Shown: positions 1 through 11,206 of the stretch, in pieces
How the letters are laid out: every line of letters begins with the position of its first letter
How positions within the stretch are numbered: position 1 is the stretch's first letter
Assembly (NCBI RefSeq): GCF_006345805.1
Contig: NC_043000.1
Coordinates: forward strand, 89,404,001-89,468,000
Source of the DNA: Octopus sinensis
Taxonomy: Eukaryota
Direction: 5' to 3'
Length of the DNA stretch: 64,000 nucleotides
Made by a program: the position numbers and the translations under genes
Notes under the pieces: generated by a model
Told to the model about the DNA's origin: nothing
The model's database searches: none
The model's input: the letters and a program-made list of their open reading frames with translations, nothing else

Positions 1-401
1 TTTTTATTTTTGGAGCTGATCAGTGGCTTCACTACAGGTTATCTTGCTTGTAGGTTATGTTCAACTAAACGATGAGACACAGTTTTTCGAGATAACGTTT
101 TCTTCAGTACAATGCTCATTTCCCAAGAAACAGCAGCAGCAGTTTTAAATCTGTCCTTTTTAACCAACTTTACCATAGCACAATCTTCTCTCTTGGTCGT
201 TTTTCTTGGTCTACCTGTAGACTTTCTTGTTTCACACGAACCACAATCATCGAAGACCTTCAGAATACCGTGAGCAACACTTTTTGACTTGTTAACAATA
301 TTAGCAATAGACCCAATACTTAAATTATCCTTCTTTCGAAGCTTAATAATCTGCTGACGAATTGGTAACGGAGTAAGTGGTATTATATTAACAAAGTACA
401 C
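1..401 (-). pseudogene. Tc1 transposase DNA-binding region, interrupted by a stop codon
   Basis: ORF 39-401 has the GRPRK linker. The frame continues past TAA (39-41) as PVVKPLISSKNK, typical of Tc1 transposases, so the stop is a nonsense mutation. Confidence 0.8.
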
Positions 402-725
402 TGCAGATATTCTTACTAATGTTTAGTAAACGAACCATCACGTAAACAAATTCAAAACATTAGAGTTCGCCGGTTAAATATACTAAAACACGGAGTAAAA
501 GCAACCGTTCTGATAATTTTGGCCGCCATAGGTTTTGCAGTAAATCACTAAATCATCCATAACTTTTGTATTATCCTCTCAAATTACACCGAAATCTCAG
601 ACAATAACAATTAATATTGTATTTATTGTCTGTGAAAATTATAGAATATAAAACAACTTTGATAAAAACTTATATCTACTCTTCTGGCGAAAACAATGCC
701 GTTCTGAACATTTTGGCCGCAACTG
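1..725 (-). mobile_element. Tc1-like DNA transposon, 5' part (left TIR of IR/DR type plus transposase N-terminus); continues beyond window start
   Basis: The minus-strand terminus reads TA|CAGTTGCGGCCAAAATGTTCAGAACGG (TA at 726-727). A 22-bp motif is repeated at 505-526 and 699-720 (20/22 identical). ORF 39-401 encodes a paired-type HTH region (QIIKL..SIGSIANIVNKSKSVAHGIL..STGRPRKTTKRED..VKKDRFKTA). Confidence 0.85.
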
Positions 726-822
726 TATACATACGTACATACATACATACATACATACATACATACATACATACATACATACATACATACATACATACAT
801 ACATACATACATACATACATAC
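726..822. repeat. (TACA)n microsatellite abutting the Tc1 TA target site
   Basis: Direct reading of the sequence. Confidence 0.95.
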
Positions 823-1500
823 ATGTTTGTGTGTGCGTATGTGTGCGCGCAAGTGAATGTGTATGGAACACAGTAAGATTGAATTCGGAATGTGTTGCAT
901 GAGTATCATTGTTAATTCTCTCAAGAAATATACGTATGATTATTTATTTCAGCTTGCCTTGAAAATAGAAGATATCGCCTCATGAAAGCGAAATTATGTT
1001 AAATATGCCAGAGCAATATAATAAGCAATTTTTCCGATATGAAGTCAAGTAGAACTGTTTATAGTTGATATGTGTAGTCTTGCATCGTAAATGCCAAAAG
1101 ATTTTCCTTTATTATTGCGTTTAAACCTACTCTTTTCGTGTAATGCAAACTAAAGTTGCTATAAGAGGCATTTATAATTTGTCATGCTGTATACGGAAAT
1201 TCGATGTAAGTTAATAATAAATTACTCAAAATAATTTCTCTTTTTTCGGCAAATTTAACCAACTTTTGTCATGAAATACTTAAAGTCTATTTGAATGCAT
1301 TACTTTCTTTTGTCCCTTATCGACAAGCTATTTGTAAAGGGTTGTGGGTAGGATAGAACTAAAAATTTGTTGTGTGATCGAATAATTATGCAATGACAAA
1401 ACATTCGGATGAACTGAACCTCGAGATATACAGCGATGAAAGAGAAAATATAGAGTAGTCTTCTCTGAAAATGATTCATTAGTATTTGCAGTATCTTTCA

Positions 1501-1955
1501 CTTGGCTTAGCTTCGTGAGCGAAGATTGTCTGTTACAGGCTTGCTGATGCCCCACGAGTCCAATTCAAAATAGGCATGTACAGCTGTGGAGAGTGCATGA
1601 GAAGGTGAACTAGTCAGCGCTTGTCGTGTTGTCATTTTTTTACTTCTTTTTCGTCTTGTTTGCAAGAAGAATATTACTAGTGATTTCAAAGGGGGACACT
1701 ACCCAAAGGCTTCACAGACAGCGGGAAGAACCAACCACTGACGGCGATCAATGTATCAGACGCCGAAGGATTTCTCTAGGGAGCCTTTGTACCTCTTCTT
1801 TGGTGGTCCTTTATCAAGGACCAAGGGAGATTCCACTATATAGCGTGATCTTGGGTAGTTGATTCTCCATCTTGGTGGTGTCTCTTCAACAGAGATGATT
1901 TGGAGCTGATGACTTTCGACTGCTCAACGACCTGGAGGAGTTTATCCGCGGTATA
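1501..1955 (-). mobile_element. RTE-clade LINE, 5'-truncated and decayed 3' end
   Basis: Minus-strand frames give RMENQLPKITLYSGIS, KKRYKGSLEKSFGV*YIDRRQW and IGLVGHQQAC. The 3' end reads CAATCTTCGCTCACGAAGCTAAGCCAAG. These match recalled RTE ORF C-terminus and tail motifs. Confidence 0.75.
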
Positions 1956-3792
1956 AACCTTTTACATATAGACATACTTAACAGTTTCTTGAATATACCT
2001 TCACGTCATATTTTATATGATATGGTAGGCTTATTAAAGGTTTATTTCATATAAAATCTGTAATGGTTTTATCCATAAAATTAGTTTTACTAAACTGATT
2101 GTAAGATATTCCTTGAAATGCATCTGGTACAATTTATTCCTGAAAATTGATTCCCAGTATGTTTATATTTATTTTTCCCTCTTTTACTGGATAAAGGTTT
2201 TTGAACTTATGTTGTGTGACTCCATATAATGCGTTACAAGACATTTGTAAGAGGTCAGTAATAAAATATATGAAACACTTGCTTCTTAAAACGAGCTGAT
2301 TACGTATCCTGAAGCTTTTTTTTGTGCGTGTTAAGGATTCATTTTAAAATCAGGTAAACTATGTAGAACGATATATTTTCTTTGTTTAAGACAATAATCA
2401 GTTCCAAGGTAGTTTGAATGCTTTGAAGGGAGGAAATAGCCGCCAGAAAAGATAGAGTATTTTTAACATTCCAAGGGCACTAAATCAAGTTTTATAACCG
2501 GGAAATAAAGTTATAAATCAAAAGTCAAAGCTGGATCATGGACTCTAACTAATTTATCAAAACTCTATTCTGTGAAGCTGAACGAACTGCCAGTTGAGAA
2601 ATCAATCTGCCCAACGACTTTTACATCTATTTACATCCTGAAAACTATGAATACAATCTTGCTCCATAACTTGTGGGCATAATTGAAAGAAAGACATTCT
2701 AAGCTCTTTTATTTCTGAGATAAGCTCTGGTAAATTATCGATTTTATGAGAGAATCAACTGGCACCGCTTCTTGGTCATATATTTTAGAAATAAATCACT
2801 GCATATAAACTTTATTAGCAATATATGTCCTACTGAAAAGGTTGTATGCATCAAATATAAACGCTGCATGGCCGAATAGTTAAGAAGTTCGCTTCGTAGT
2901 TTCATGTTTCCAAGTTAAGTTAAATGACAGTGCGTTACAACTTCGGCTAGAGTTTTTGCTATACTTTTGACTTAATCTAAACCTTATGAGTGAAAGAAGG
3001 TTTAAGGAAATTGTTTGGAATATCGTAAGATGAAATTTACCCGTAATTGTCAATCTAATAAATTTTTAATGTCACGATGATGACAGAAATATCCTTAATA
3101 CAATTAGCTGTTAATAAAAACACATTTCTGTGGGCCTTGACATCATACATGCCTCATATTTGTGGAATTTGTCTGTAGATATGCCCACGCTCAGCTTCAT
3201 TTAGTGTGACTATCATTACAAACCAGGTGAGACACATTTTCTTGAACATTTGAATTATTTCTTAGGAAAATTGGTATTTTGAATGCACCCTTATCGTTTT
3301 GATTGTGAGGTCACATGGATCGAAGTTACACAGATTCTTCCTGATAATTACTTTAAGATCAAATGTACGGCTGTGGAATACTCCTCTACATATAAATTAA
3401 TGCAATTAACAGGTAATTCAGTTGATCGAACAACTGAATACTCATCATCGAAACCGTCAAACATCCAATTATTTTGTGGCTCAAATAAGAGAAAAAGGCA
3501 GGATTAACTGAAACTCACGGACAGTTTGAATATTTATTCTACTGGCTGCCTTCTTGTTTCCAGTTCATTTTGTCAAACACTACAATTAATTTATTGACTA
3601 AGTGCTTAATTTGTCGTCGTTGGAAAGATGGGGAAAAAGTGGATCAGGACAGTAAACAAGGGTTAGAATGTAAAGGATCATAACTGATTAACACAAGGTC
3701 TGACACTGTCGCGTTCAGGAGAAAAACAGAACACATCAGTGCAATTTGAAAATACTATGAAAATGTGTGCGTGAGTGTGTGTGTGTGTGTGT

Positions 3793-3831
<39 letters not shown>

Positions 3832-3842
3832 ATAGATATGTA

Positions 3843-4061
3843 TTGGGTTGTCCGGAAAGTTCATGCCGATTTTTAAAGGAAAGAAAAAGGTCAATACTTG
3901 CCATTACATTTTTAATCAACCAAATATGAACCATTTTCTTGCACAATGCGTCTCCATCTTTCCTTTAACTTGAAAACACCCTCTTCCCGGAATTGAGGTG
4001 CCTGGGAGGGTAAGTTGAAAGATAAGCTACTATAAATCGGCACGATTTCCAGACAATCCAA
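3843..4061 (-). mobile_element. Mariner-derived MITE (internal deletion derivative, ~219 bp)
   Basis: TIRs are TTGGGTTGTCCGGAAAGTTCATGCCGATTT (3843-) and AAATCGGCACGATTTCCAGACAATCCAA (4034-4061), with TA on both sides (3841-42, 4062-63). The interior encodes the mariner C-terminus FREEGVFKLKERWRRIVQENGSYLVD*. Confidence 0.85.
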
Positions 4062-4269
4062 TATATATACATGTATGTATGCATGCACACATACACACAC
4101 GCACACACACACACACATGCATATATGAATCAAACGCAAATAAAATATAAAAACAACAAAAGTACCAGAAACGTTTACGTTTAATATTAGATTGATACCT
4201 AAGTAAGAATAGAAAGGGTAAGAGTTATGTTTCAGACATAGTCCTTACACTCACCCCCCACACACACAT

Positions 4270-4310
<41 letters not shown>

Positions 4311-4325
4311 CGTCTGTGTGTGTAT

Positions 4326-4349
4326 AGACAGATAGACAGACAGACAGAC

Positions 4350-4440
<91 letters not shown>
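4326..4440. repeat. (GACA/GATA)n microsatellite
   Basis: Direct reading. Confidence 0.95.
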
Positions 4441-4441
<1 letters not shown>

Positions 4442-5114
4442 TTATCTAAATGAGGAGAGAGAGAGTCTAAAGCTTAAATGTTCATTTTTCAATAATACTT
4501 GATGATAAAGGAAGTTCAGTACAATGACGCGCCCTATCTAATCAAACACTATACACCGCAGCTAACCATCCTTCATGAAGCCGCCATTTCACGGGCATTC
4601 AAACCTAAGTGACATTATCAAACTACATATTGCTTTGTTTGCCACTGAGCTGCCGTCTAATTTTGCTTCAAATCATTGTTGTATATCACTTCAAATCGTA
4701 GAGTGATGCAATATGTTTACTCATATGCTGATAAATCTAACTAGACACAAAGTTTATTCTGTTATTATGTTTAAATAGTTCCTAATATGACCCCAAATTG
4801 AATTTCGTCTCTATTGGCGGCTATTAATTCTTCGTTCACAGAAAAAAAAATAAAAAGCACAATTATATATAAAGATATATATTTCGTTAAACAGATAACA
4901 CGATAAAGAAGCAATAAAATAAAATACGATAAAATCTATTAAGATGTCTTGCAAACAGGAAAGAATTATTTCTTGCTTAAAATGGTAATTATCGTTCTAC
5001 GTTATTTCTGTTGGCGACATCCATTTTGACAACAGGAAAATAATTCAGTTCAAACTCTCAACAACAACCTTATATGATTTTCGCAGGAAATCTAGACTTA
5101 CTGAAAAAATATTT

Positions 5115-5483
5115 GATGGTTGTGGTGGTAGTTGTGGCCGGTCGGAGTAGTGGTGGCCAGTCGTCGTTGTCCTGGTGGCGATGACAATTATGATGGTGAT
5201 ATCGACGATGACGACGACGATGATGATGATGAGGAGGAGGAGGAGGAGGAGGAGGATACCGACCAATGATGAGGATGATGTGATGGTCATGGTCATGGTC
5301 ATGGTGGTGGTGGTGGTGGTGGTGTCGATGAAAACGATGATGGTGATAATGTCGGTGATGATGATAATAATGACCGATGATGGAGGGTTTGGTGATGACG
5401 ATGATGGTGACGGTGGTGGTGAAGACGACGATGATCATGATGATAGTTATATATATATATATATATATATATACATACATACA

Positions 5484-5514
<31 letters not shown>

Positions 5515-5615
5515 TGTGAGTAGAAGTAGTAGTGGTAGTAGTAGTAATTGTAGTAGTAGTAGTAGTAGGACGAGGAGGACGAGGAGGAGGAGGACGAAGA
5601 CGACTACGACGAGGA
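5115..5615. repeat. Compound triplet low-complexity tract (GAT/GGT/GAG/GTA) with internal (AT)n and (TACA)n
   Basis: Direct reading; it produces spurious homopolymeric ORFs. Confidence 0.9.
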
Positions 5616-5912
5616 GAACTAAGGATTCTAAGAGTTAATATTCATCAATGAAACTATATACGTATATATAGACGTGCATGTATAGGTATGTATGTATCCA
5701 TATGTGAATCGTTGGCGATTTTTTCCTTCGTCTTCCTTTCCTATTGCACGTTCCTTTATCTCCTTCCTGAAGAAGAGCTTTGCTCGAAAATTAAAACCAC
5801 TTTCTTTAGCTGAGCGTCTGCTAATACCTTACATGTACCACGTCCACGCGTTGTTGTTTTCTTGTGTTTGCTCTTCGTTTTCTTTTATTTACTACATATA
5901 TATGTATATATA

Positions 5913-6208
5913 TTCTTTTATTCTTTTATTTAATTAGTCATTTGATTGCGGCCATGCTGGAGCACCGCCTTTAGTCGAACAAATCAACACCAGGATTATT
6001 TAAGCATAGTACTTACTTTATCGGTCTCTTTTGTCGAACTGTTAGGTTACGTGGACGTAGGCATCAGTTGTCAAGCGATGGTGAGGGAACAAACACAGAC
6101 ACACAAACACACACATGCATACATATGTATGTATATATATATATATAATATATATATACGACGGGCTTCTTTCAGTTTCCGTCTACGAAATCCACTCACA
6201 AGGCTTTG
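5913..6208 (-). mobile_element. SINE family B, 5'-truncated
   Basis: Reverse complement matches the full copy at 47073-47478 (GACGGAAACTGAAAGAAGCCCGTCG ... GACTAAAGGCGGTGCTCCAGCATGGCCGC..). Confidence 0.85.
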
Positions 6209-6463
6209 AGGATAGTTACAGGAAGCTAGCTGGTTGCTATAGCAACACCCTTCTGTGCATGTCCACTTCACACATACTCACGCACGCGGACATGGGAAAC
6301 ATTTGTCAATTTCTTGAAAATGGGGTAATACTGAATAAAGGTCTATATTAATTCACATATTTGTTTTCTTGTGATTTACCTTGCATTTACTTCGCGTTGT
6401 TTTGGACTTACCCACAATCCTTTATACAATATATTCTACAAAATGCTTCATAGTAATCATTCC

Positions 6464-6533
<70 letters not shown>

Positions 6534-6727
6534 AAGAAAGAGAGAGAGAAAGAGACATATATAGACTTATATATATATATATATATACTATATATATATA
6601 TATATATATATAGCATGTATCTATCTATCTAATTATATATATATATATACATACATACATACCTACATACATACCTACATACATACATACATACATACAT
6701 ACATACATACATACATACATACATACA

Positions 6728-6759
<32 letters not shown>

Positions 6760-6946
6760 CATACATACATACATAAACAGAGAGAGAGCGAGAGAATGAT
6801 TATGATAGGTAATGGTGTGAATAAGACCCAAAGGTGTCAGGTAATGCTGAGTAAGTGCTATAGACGGACTATAGTTAAGCTCCAGGTTCGGTGATTATGC
6901 TAATAAGGAGTCCAACGTAGATCATTCATCAGCATGTGTATATATT

Positions 6947-7109
6947 AAAAAACTCTTTTCTTTTTCAGAATGAGAAAAAAAACAAGACTGTGAAGATTTT
7001 AGAACTTTTATAAATAAGTCTTACAGCTGTTTTCTGGATATTTCTTATATCCCTTCACCATCTCCGATGAAGGGACATGAAATAATATCCCGGAAGCAGC
7101 TGTAAGACC
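6947..7109. mobile_element. Fold-back pseudo-LTR-like fragment with two degenerate hammerhead-like cores
   Basis: Inverted arms around 7017-7062 and 7068-7109. Plus arm reads ATCT-CCGATGA-AGGGA..TATCCC-GGAAGC-AGCT-GTA-AGAC, with mutated core positions. Confidence 0.55.
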
Positions 7110-8536
7110 TTCTATATATAAATGTTCCGGCTTCCTATGTTCAAAACTTGCCAATTCAATTCCGTCTTTCTTCCTCTCACGGTCGATAAATAATAAAGTA
7201 CCAACCCTTTACTGGAGATGCTTAATCTCTTCCTTTCACTCTGTCTGACTCTAATTGTCCTGGAAGAAATTGGCGGTGATTTGATCTGAATATATATATG
7301 GACGCCGCAACATCTAAAACGTACCCAAGACGCAATGTATGTCATCACATCTCATAGAACTTCGCTAAGAAGTTCACGACCCAAAGTAAGACAGGACATG
7401 TGTGTGTATGTGTACGTACACATATATATATGTGTGTGTGTACTTATACATATGTTTTATGAGTGTCCCCACACGTCGATATATATGTATATATCGCTCA
7501 GCCTTATATCTGCTGAGTACAGCTTTTGTATACACTATCCATATGTTTATACATACAATGCTGATATATTAGCACTTATCGCCATTATCCCCAAATTTTC
7601 AGACCTTATTCTTATATTAGAAATATCTTCCTCTATTTCAGTCCACCTTATCTTACACAATATTCTACTACTATAGTCAGCCTCGCTTCCTGGGCACCTT
7701 GTCTTTATAATTCTGAGTAATCCTACACTCCGTGACACTTTACTTTATTCCCATTCTATCAAGTCCTTTGATTAGTTTCGATTCTTATGTTTTCTTCCAC
7801 TCCATATCCTTCCTATCTTATTTCTATGTACGTCCATAGTATTGTATCAATGTTAATTCGTTCCACCACATTGATTTCTCACATTCTCTAATTCACTTAA
7901 ATTTCCTTTTCCCAAATTTGTTTAATTACGGCCAATGTATTCTCTTCCGCATAAGCAATACAAACAACAGAAACGTTGTATTCCCTCCACACACCCAACC
8001 CATCATCAAACCAAATAAAGTCACTCTACAGTATTTCACTGCCACGCTATTTGTCAATGCGGACAACCACCTCGGATTCTGAATCTTACCTTTCTTTTCT
8101 TTTCTTTTTTTTTCTCTTTTCTTAAACGGCCATTGTCCTGTCAGATATATTTTACTTAAGATTACTTAAGCATGTTTATCTAAGCATACTCAACTATTTG
8201 TATGTTACTCTGTGCTTCAAATGAATGTATCTCTGTGGATGTCTGAGAGAGTGAGAGAGAGAGTGTGTGATATGGAGTGGAAGAGAGAGGGGAGAAGAAG
8301 CAAAAAAGAGAGAGATATTTAAATGTCAACGTTTTACATATATCTACTATCTTTGTATGGATGCATACACATGAATTTTCCCTAGGCACACATACATAGA
8401 TACATACATACATAGACAAACACACTCACACACATATAGACATACATACATATACATATGTATATATGTATATGTATGTATATATATATATATGTATATA
8501 TATACATATATATATATGTATGTATATATATATATT

Positions 8537-8578
<42 letters not shown>

Positions 8579-8582
<4 letters not shown>

Positions 8583-8779
8583 GGAGTAAACACATAAATG
8601 TGAAACAAGGTGGAAAAAAGAGTACTCAAATACCAGTGGTAGAGTAATATGCTTTATTTTAAGCAGCAGAAAATTCAACAAAATCTGTTACTCTGAGTTT
8701 CTCGTTGCCGTTCATCAGACAGTTTAACGAGAAACTCAGAGTAACAGATTTTGTTGAATTTCTGCTGCTTAAAATAAAG
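8579..8779 (-). mobile_element. Penelope-type pseudo-LTR fragment with inverted partial copy, flanked by (AT)n
   Basis: Inverted arms 8652-8706 and 8726-8779; hammerhead on the minus strand; (AT)n on both sides. Confidence 0.7.
8685..8722 (-). ncRNA. Minimal type I hammerhead ribozyme motif
   Basis: Reverse complement reads CUGU-CUGAUGA-ACGGCAACGA-GAAAC-UCAGA-GUA-ACAG. Stem I is CUGU/ACAG, stem II is minimal (CG-GCAA-CG), stem III is near-palindromic (ACUC-A-GAGU), triplet GUA. Confidence 0.7.
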
Positions 8780-8814
8780 TATATATATATATATATTATA
8801 TATATATATATATA

Positions 8815-8862
<48 letters not shown>

Positions 8863-8957
8863 TATGTATATATGTATATATATATATATGTATATATATA
8901 TATGTATATATATATATGTATATATATGTATATATATGTATATATGAGTGTGTGTGT

Positions 8958-9007
<50 letters not shown>

Positions 9008-9035
9008 GTATATGTGACAATTATTCGGTAGCCGT

Positions 9036-9096
9036 GATAAAACTCCGAGTTTCGGATGTCAGGGTGGAAATCCATGCCGCCATCTCTTCAGTTATC
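9036..9096 (-). ncRNA. Type I hammerhead ribozyme motif (inverted copy)
   Basis: Reverse complement reads GAUAA-CUGAAGA-[31-nt stem II]-GAAAC-UCGGA-GUU-UUAUC. Confidence 0.72.
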
Positions 9097-9135
9097 CGGC
9101 CATCGGAAAAATACTATGAAAATGACCGATGGCCG

Positions 9136-9196
9136 GATAACTGAAGAGATGGCGGCGTGGATTTCCACCCCGACATCCGAAACTCGGAGTTTTATC
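9136..9196 (+). ncRNA. Type I hammerhead ribozyme motif
   Basis: GAUAA-CUGAAGA-GAUGGCGGCGUGGAUUUCCACCCCGACAUCC-GAAAC-UCGGA-GUU-UUAUC. Stem I is GAUAA/UUAUC; stem II pairs GAUG/CAUC, CGG/CCG and GUGGA/UCCAC; predicted cleavage after 9191. Confidence 0.75.
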
Positions 9197-9310
9197 ACGG
9201 CTGCCGAATAATTATCACAAATTGCATTTACAGATATATTCCTCTATTTACATAATATCGAGGTCTCTTTCATTCTTTTGTTGTCTTACCATTTCTATCA
9301 TTATATATAT

Positions 9311-9680
9311 ATACAAATATTCTATAATTATAAACATAATTATAATTAGTGGTCAGCTAATTGCTTCACCACATACCGAATTTAGAAATAGGAGTTAAAA
9401 ATCACCCAGAGATTAACAGCCTTTCTTTTACGTAGGCAAAGAGAAAAAAGTGTGTTACTGTCTGGGAGATTCTTGCGGTAGTAGAAAAGGAATTATTTAA
9501 CTCCTATTTGTAAATTCGGTATGTGGTGAAGCAATTAGCTGACCCCTAATTATAATTATGTTTATAATTATAGAATATTTGTATAATTTTACCTATAAAG
9601 GTTATTTTAACGTACCGATCTACTTGGTAAAATTATTGATTAATTAATTAATTTTACCTTTTTATTATTAATTTTTAAAT
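9311..9680. repeat. Fold-back element (arms 9311-9399 and 9496-9584) in (AT)n context, family unassigned
   Basis: ~89-bp inverted arms; no hammerhead core found. Confidence 0.7.
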
Positions 9681-9847
<167 letters not shown>

Positions 9848-9870
9848 TATTTATATATGTATATATATAT

Positions 9871-10298
9871 AAGAAATAATAAATCTCTGAACGAGGTATA
9901 GACAGTAACTGCACGACAATGTGAAGTATATTTGCCATCTAAATATGACTAAACACCAAGGGTGGATATTACTGTAGCTTGTAGCTCCAGTTGGCTATTG
10001 ACACACTTTCTGTGCCCTATCAGTATTTGCAAAGGGAGGTCATCCTTCCCTCGTCAACCTAAGTGATCCGCACGGACTGCAGTTTCTGGGTATTGACCCG
10101 TCATCAGCGCACGACAGTCACCGGTTTTCGATGGAAGGGTCCCAATGTAAATACATATATCCTTTTTCCAGTGACTTTTCCTCACTGATCTTGAAAAAGT
10201 GTATACAAGCAATAATAAATCTCCGAACGAGGTATAGATAGTAACTGCACGACAATGTGAAGTATATTTGCCATCTAAATATGGCTAACCACTAAACA
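9871..10298 (-). mobile_element. Hammerhead-bearing monomer with ~83-bp terminal direct repeat (period 336 bp), PLE pseudo-LTR or retrozyme-like
   Basis: AATAATAAATCTC(T/C)GAACGAGGTATAGA.. occurs at 9875 and 10211; one hammerhead lies between them; (AT)n on both sides. A related fold-back copy is at 18921-19186. Confidence 0.72.
10070..10112 (-). ncRNA. Type I hammerhead ribozyme motif with palindromic helix III loop
   Basis: Reverse complement reads GUGCG-CUGAUGA-C-GGGU-CAAU-ACCC-A-GAAAC-UGCA-GUC-CGUGC. Canonical core, GUC triplet, palindromic UGCA loop. Confidence 0.8.
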
Positions 10299-10311
10299 CT
10301 ATATATATATA

Positions 10312-10409
<98 letters not shown>

Positions 10410-10825
10410 ATGTATGTATATGCATTTCATACCTATAGAATTATGCTTCTCTGTGTGCGCATATGTATATATGTATGGGTATGTATCTGATATATAATAT
10501 TGAAATTTTTATTTTTTGTGAAATTCCTGCAAGGTAACGCCTGCAGATTATTTTCTTATTAAGTTAGGTTAGGCAGCGTTCATAAATTTCTTGCTTAGGC
10601 TATATTTATTCTATTTGCAAGAATCAATATAGTTGTTCTTCAAAAAAAAATCTACGTTCTGGGTTGCATCATAAATAATGACAGCTGCATTAACACCGGA
10701 TACTCACTCACGACATTTTGCAAAATAGTAGTTTTAAAGAAAATTCCTAAAGCATATATTTTATATATATTTTTAATGCAACAGCATTAGGACGAGATAA
10801 AGTTTCTTCTATTTGAGGCGCTTAT

Positions 10826-11206
10826 GGTGGAAAGATGGCAGAACAGTTAGCACGCCGGGCGAAATGCTTAGCGGTATTTTGTCTGCCGCTACGTTCTGAG
10901 TTCAAATTCCGCCGAGGGCGACTTTGCCTTTCATCCTTTCGGGGGTCGATTAAATAAGTGCCAGTTACGCACTGAGGTCGATATAATCGACTTAATCCGT
11001 TTGTCTATCCTTGTTTGTCCTCTCTGTTTTTAGCCCCTTGTGGGTAGTAAAGAAATAGGTATTTCGTCCGTCCTCACGTTCTGTATTCAAATCACGCCGA
11101 GACCGACATGCCTTTCATCCAACTGGTACTACATTTTACTGAAAATAAGTACCAGTTTATCACTGGGATCAAGGTAACTGACTTAATCCCTCTCCAGAAA
11201 TTGCTG
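10826..11206 (+). mobile_element. SINE family A composite: head, near-consensus body with alternative tail, then a much more diverged second body
   Basis: A-box-like TGGCAGAA and B-box-like GTTCAAATTCC are present. The junction AAAGAAATA|GGTATTTCG is at 11058. Confidence 0.85.

Larger units (their letters stand above)
9013..9300 (+). mobile_element. Penelope-type pseudo-LTR fold-back with two hammerheads
   Basis: Arms 9013-9106 and 9126-9219 are near-perfect inverted repeats with a 19-nt spacer. An unpaired tail runs to ~9300, followed by (AT)n. Confidence 0.75.

Noticed and set aside
5045-5519. His/Pro/Asp-rich ORFs
   Set aside because: All frames derive from a compound triplet repeat; no splice or codon evidence.
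7690-7960. Possible decayed LINE coding fragment on the minus strand
   Set aside because: Purine-skewed, but no diagnostic motif was recognisable.
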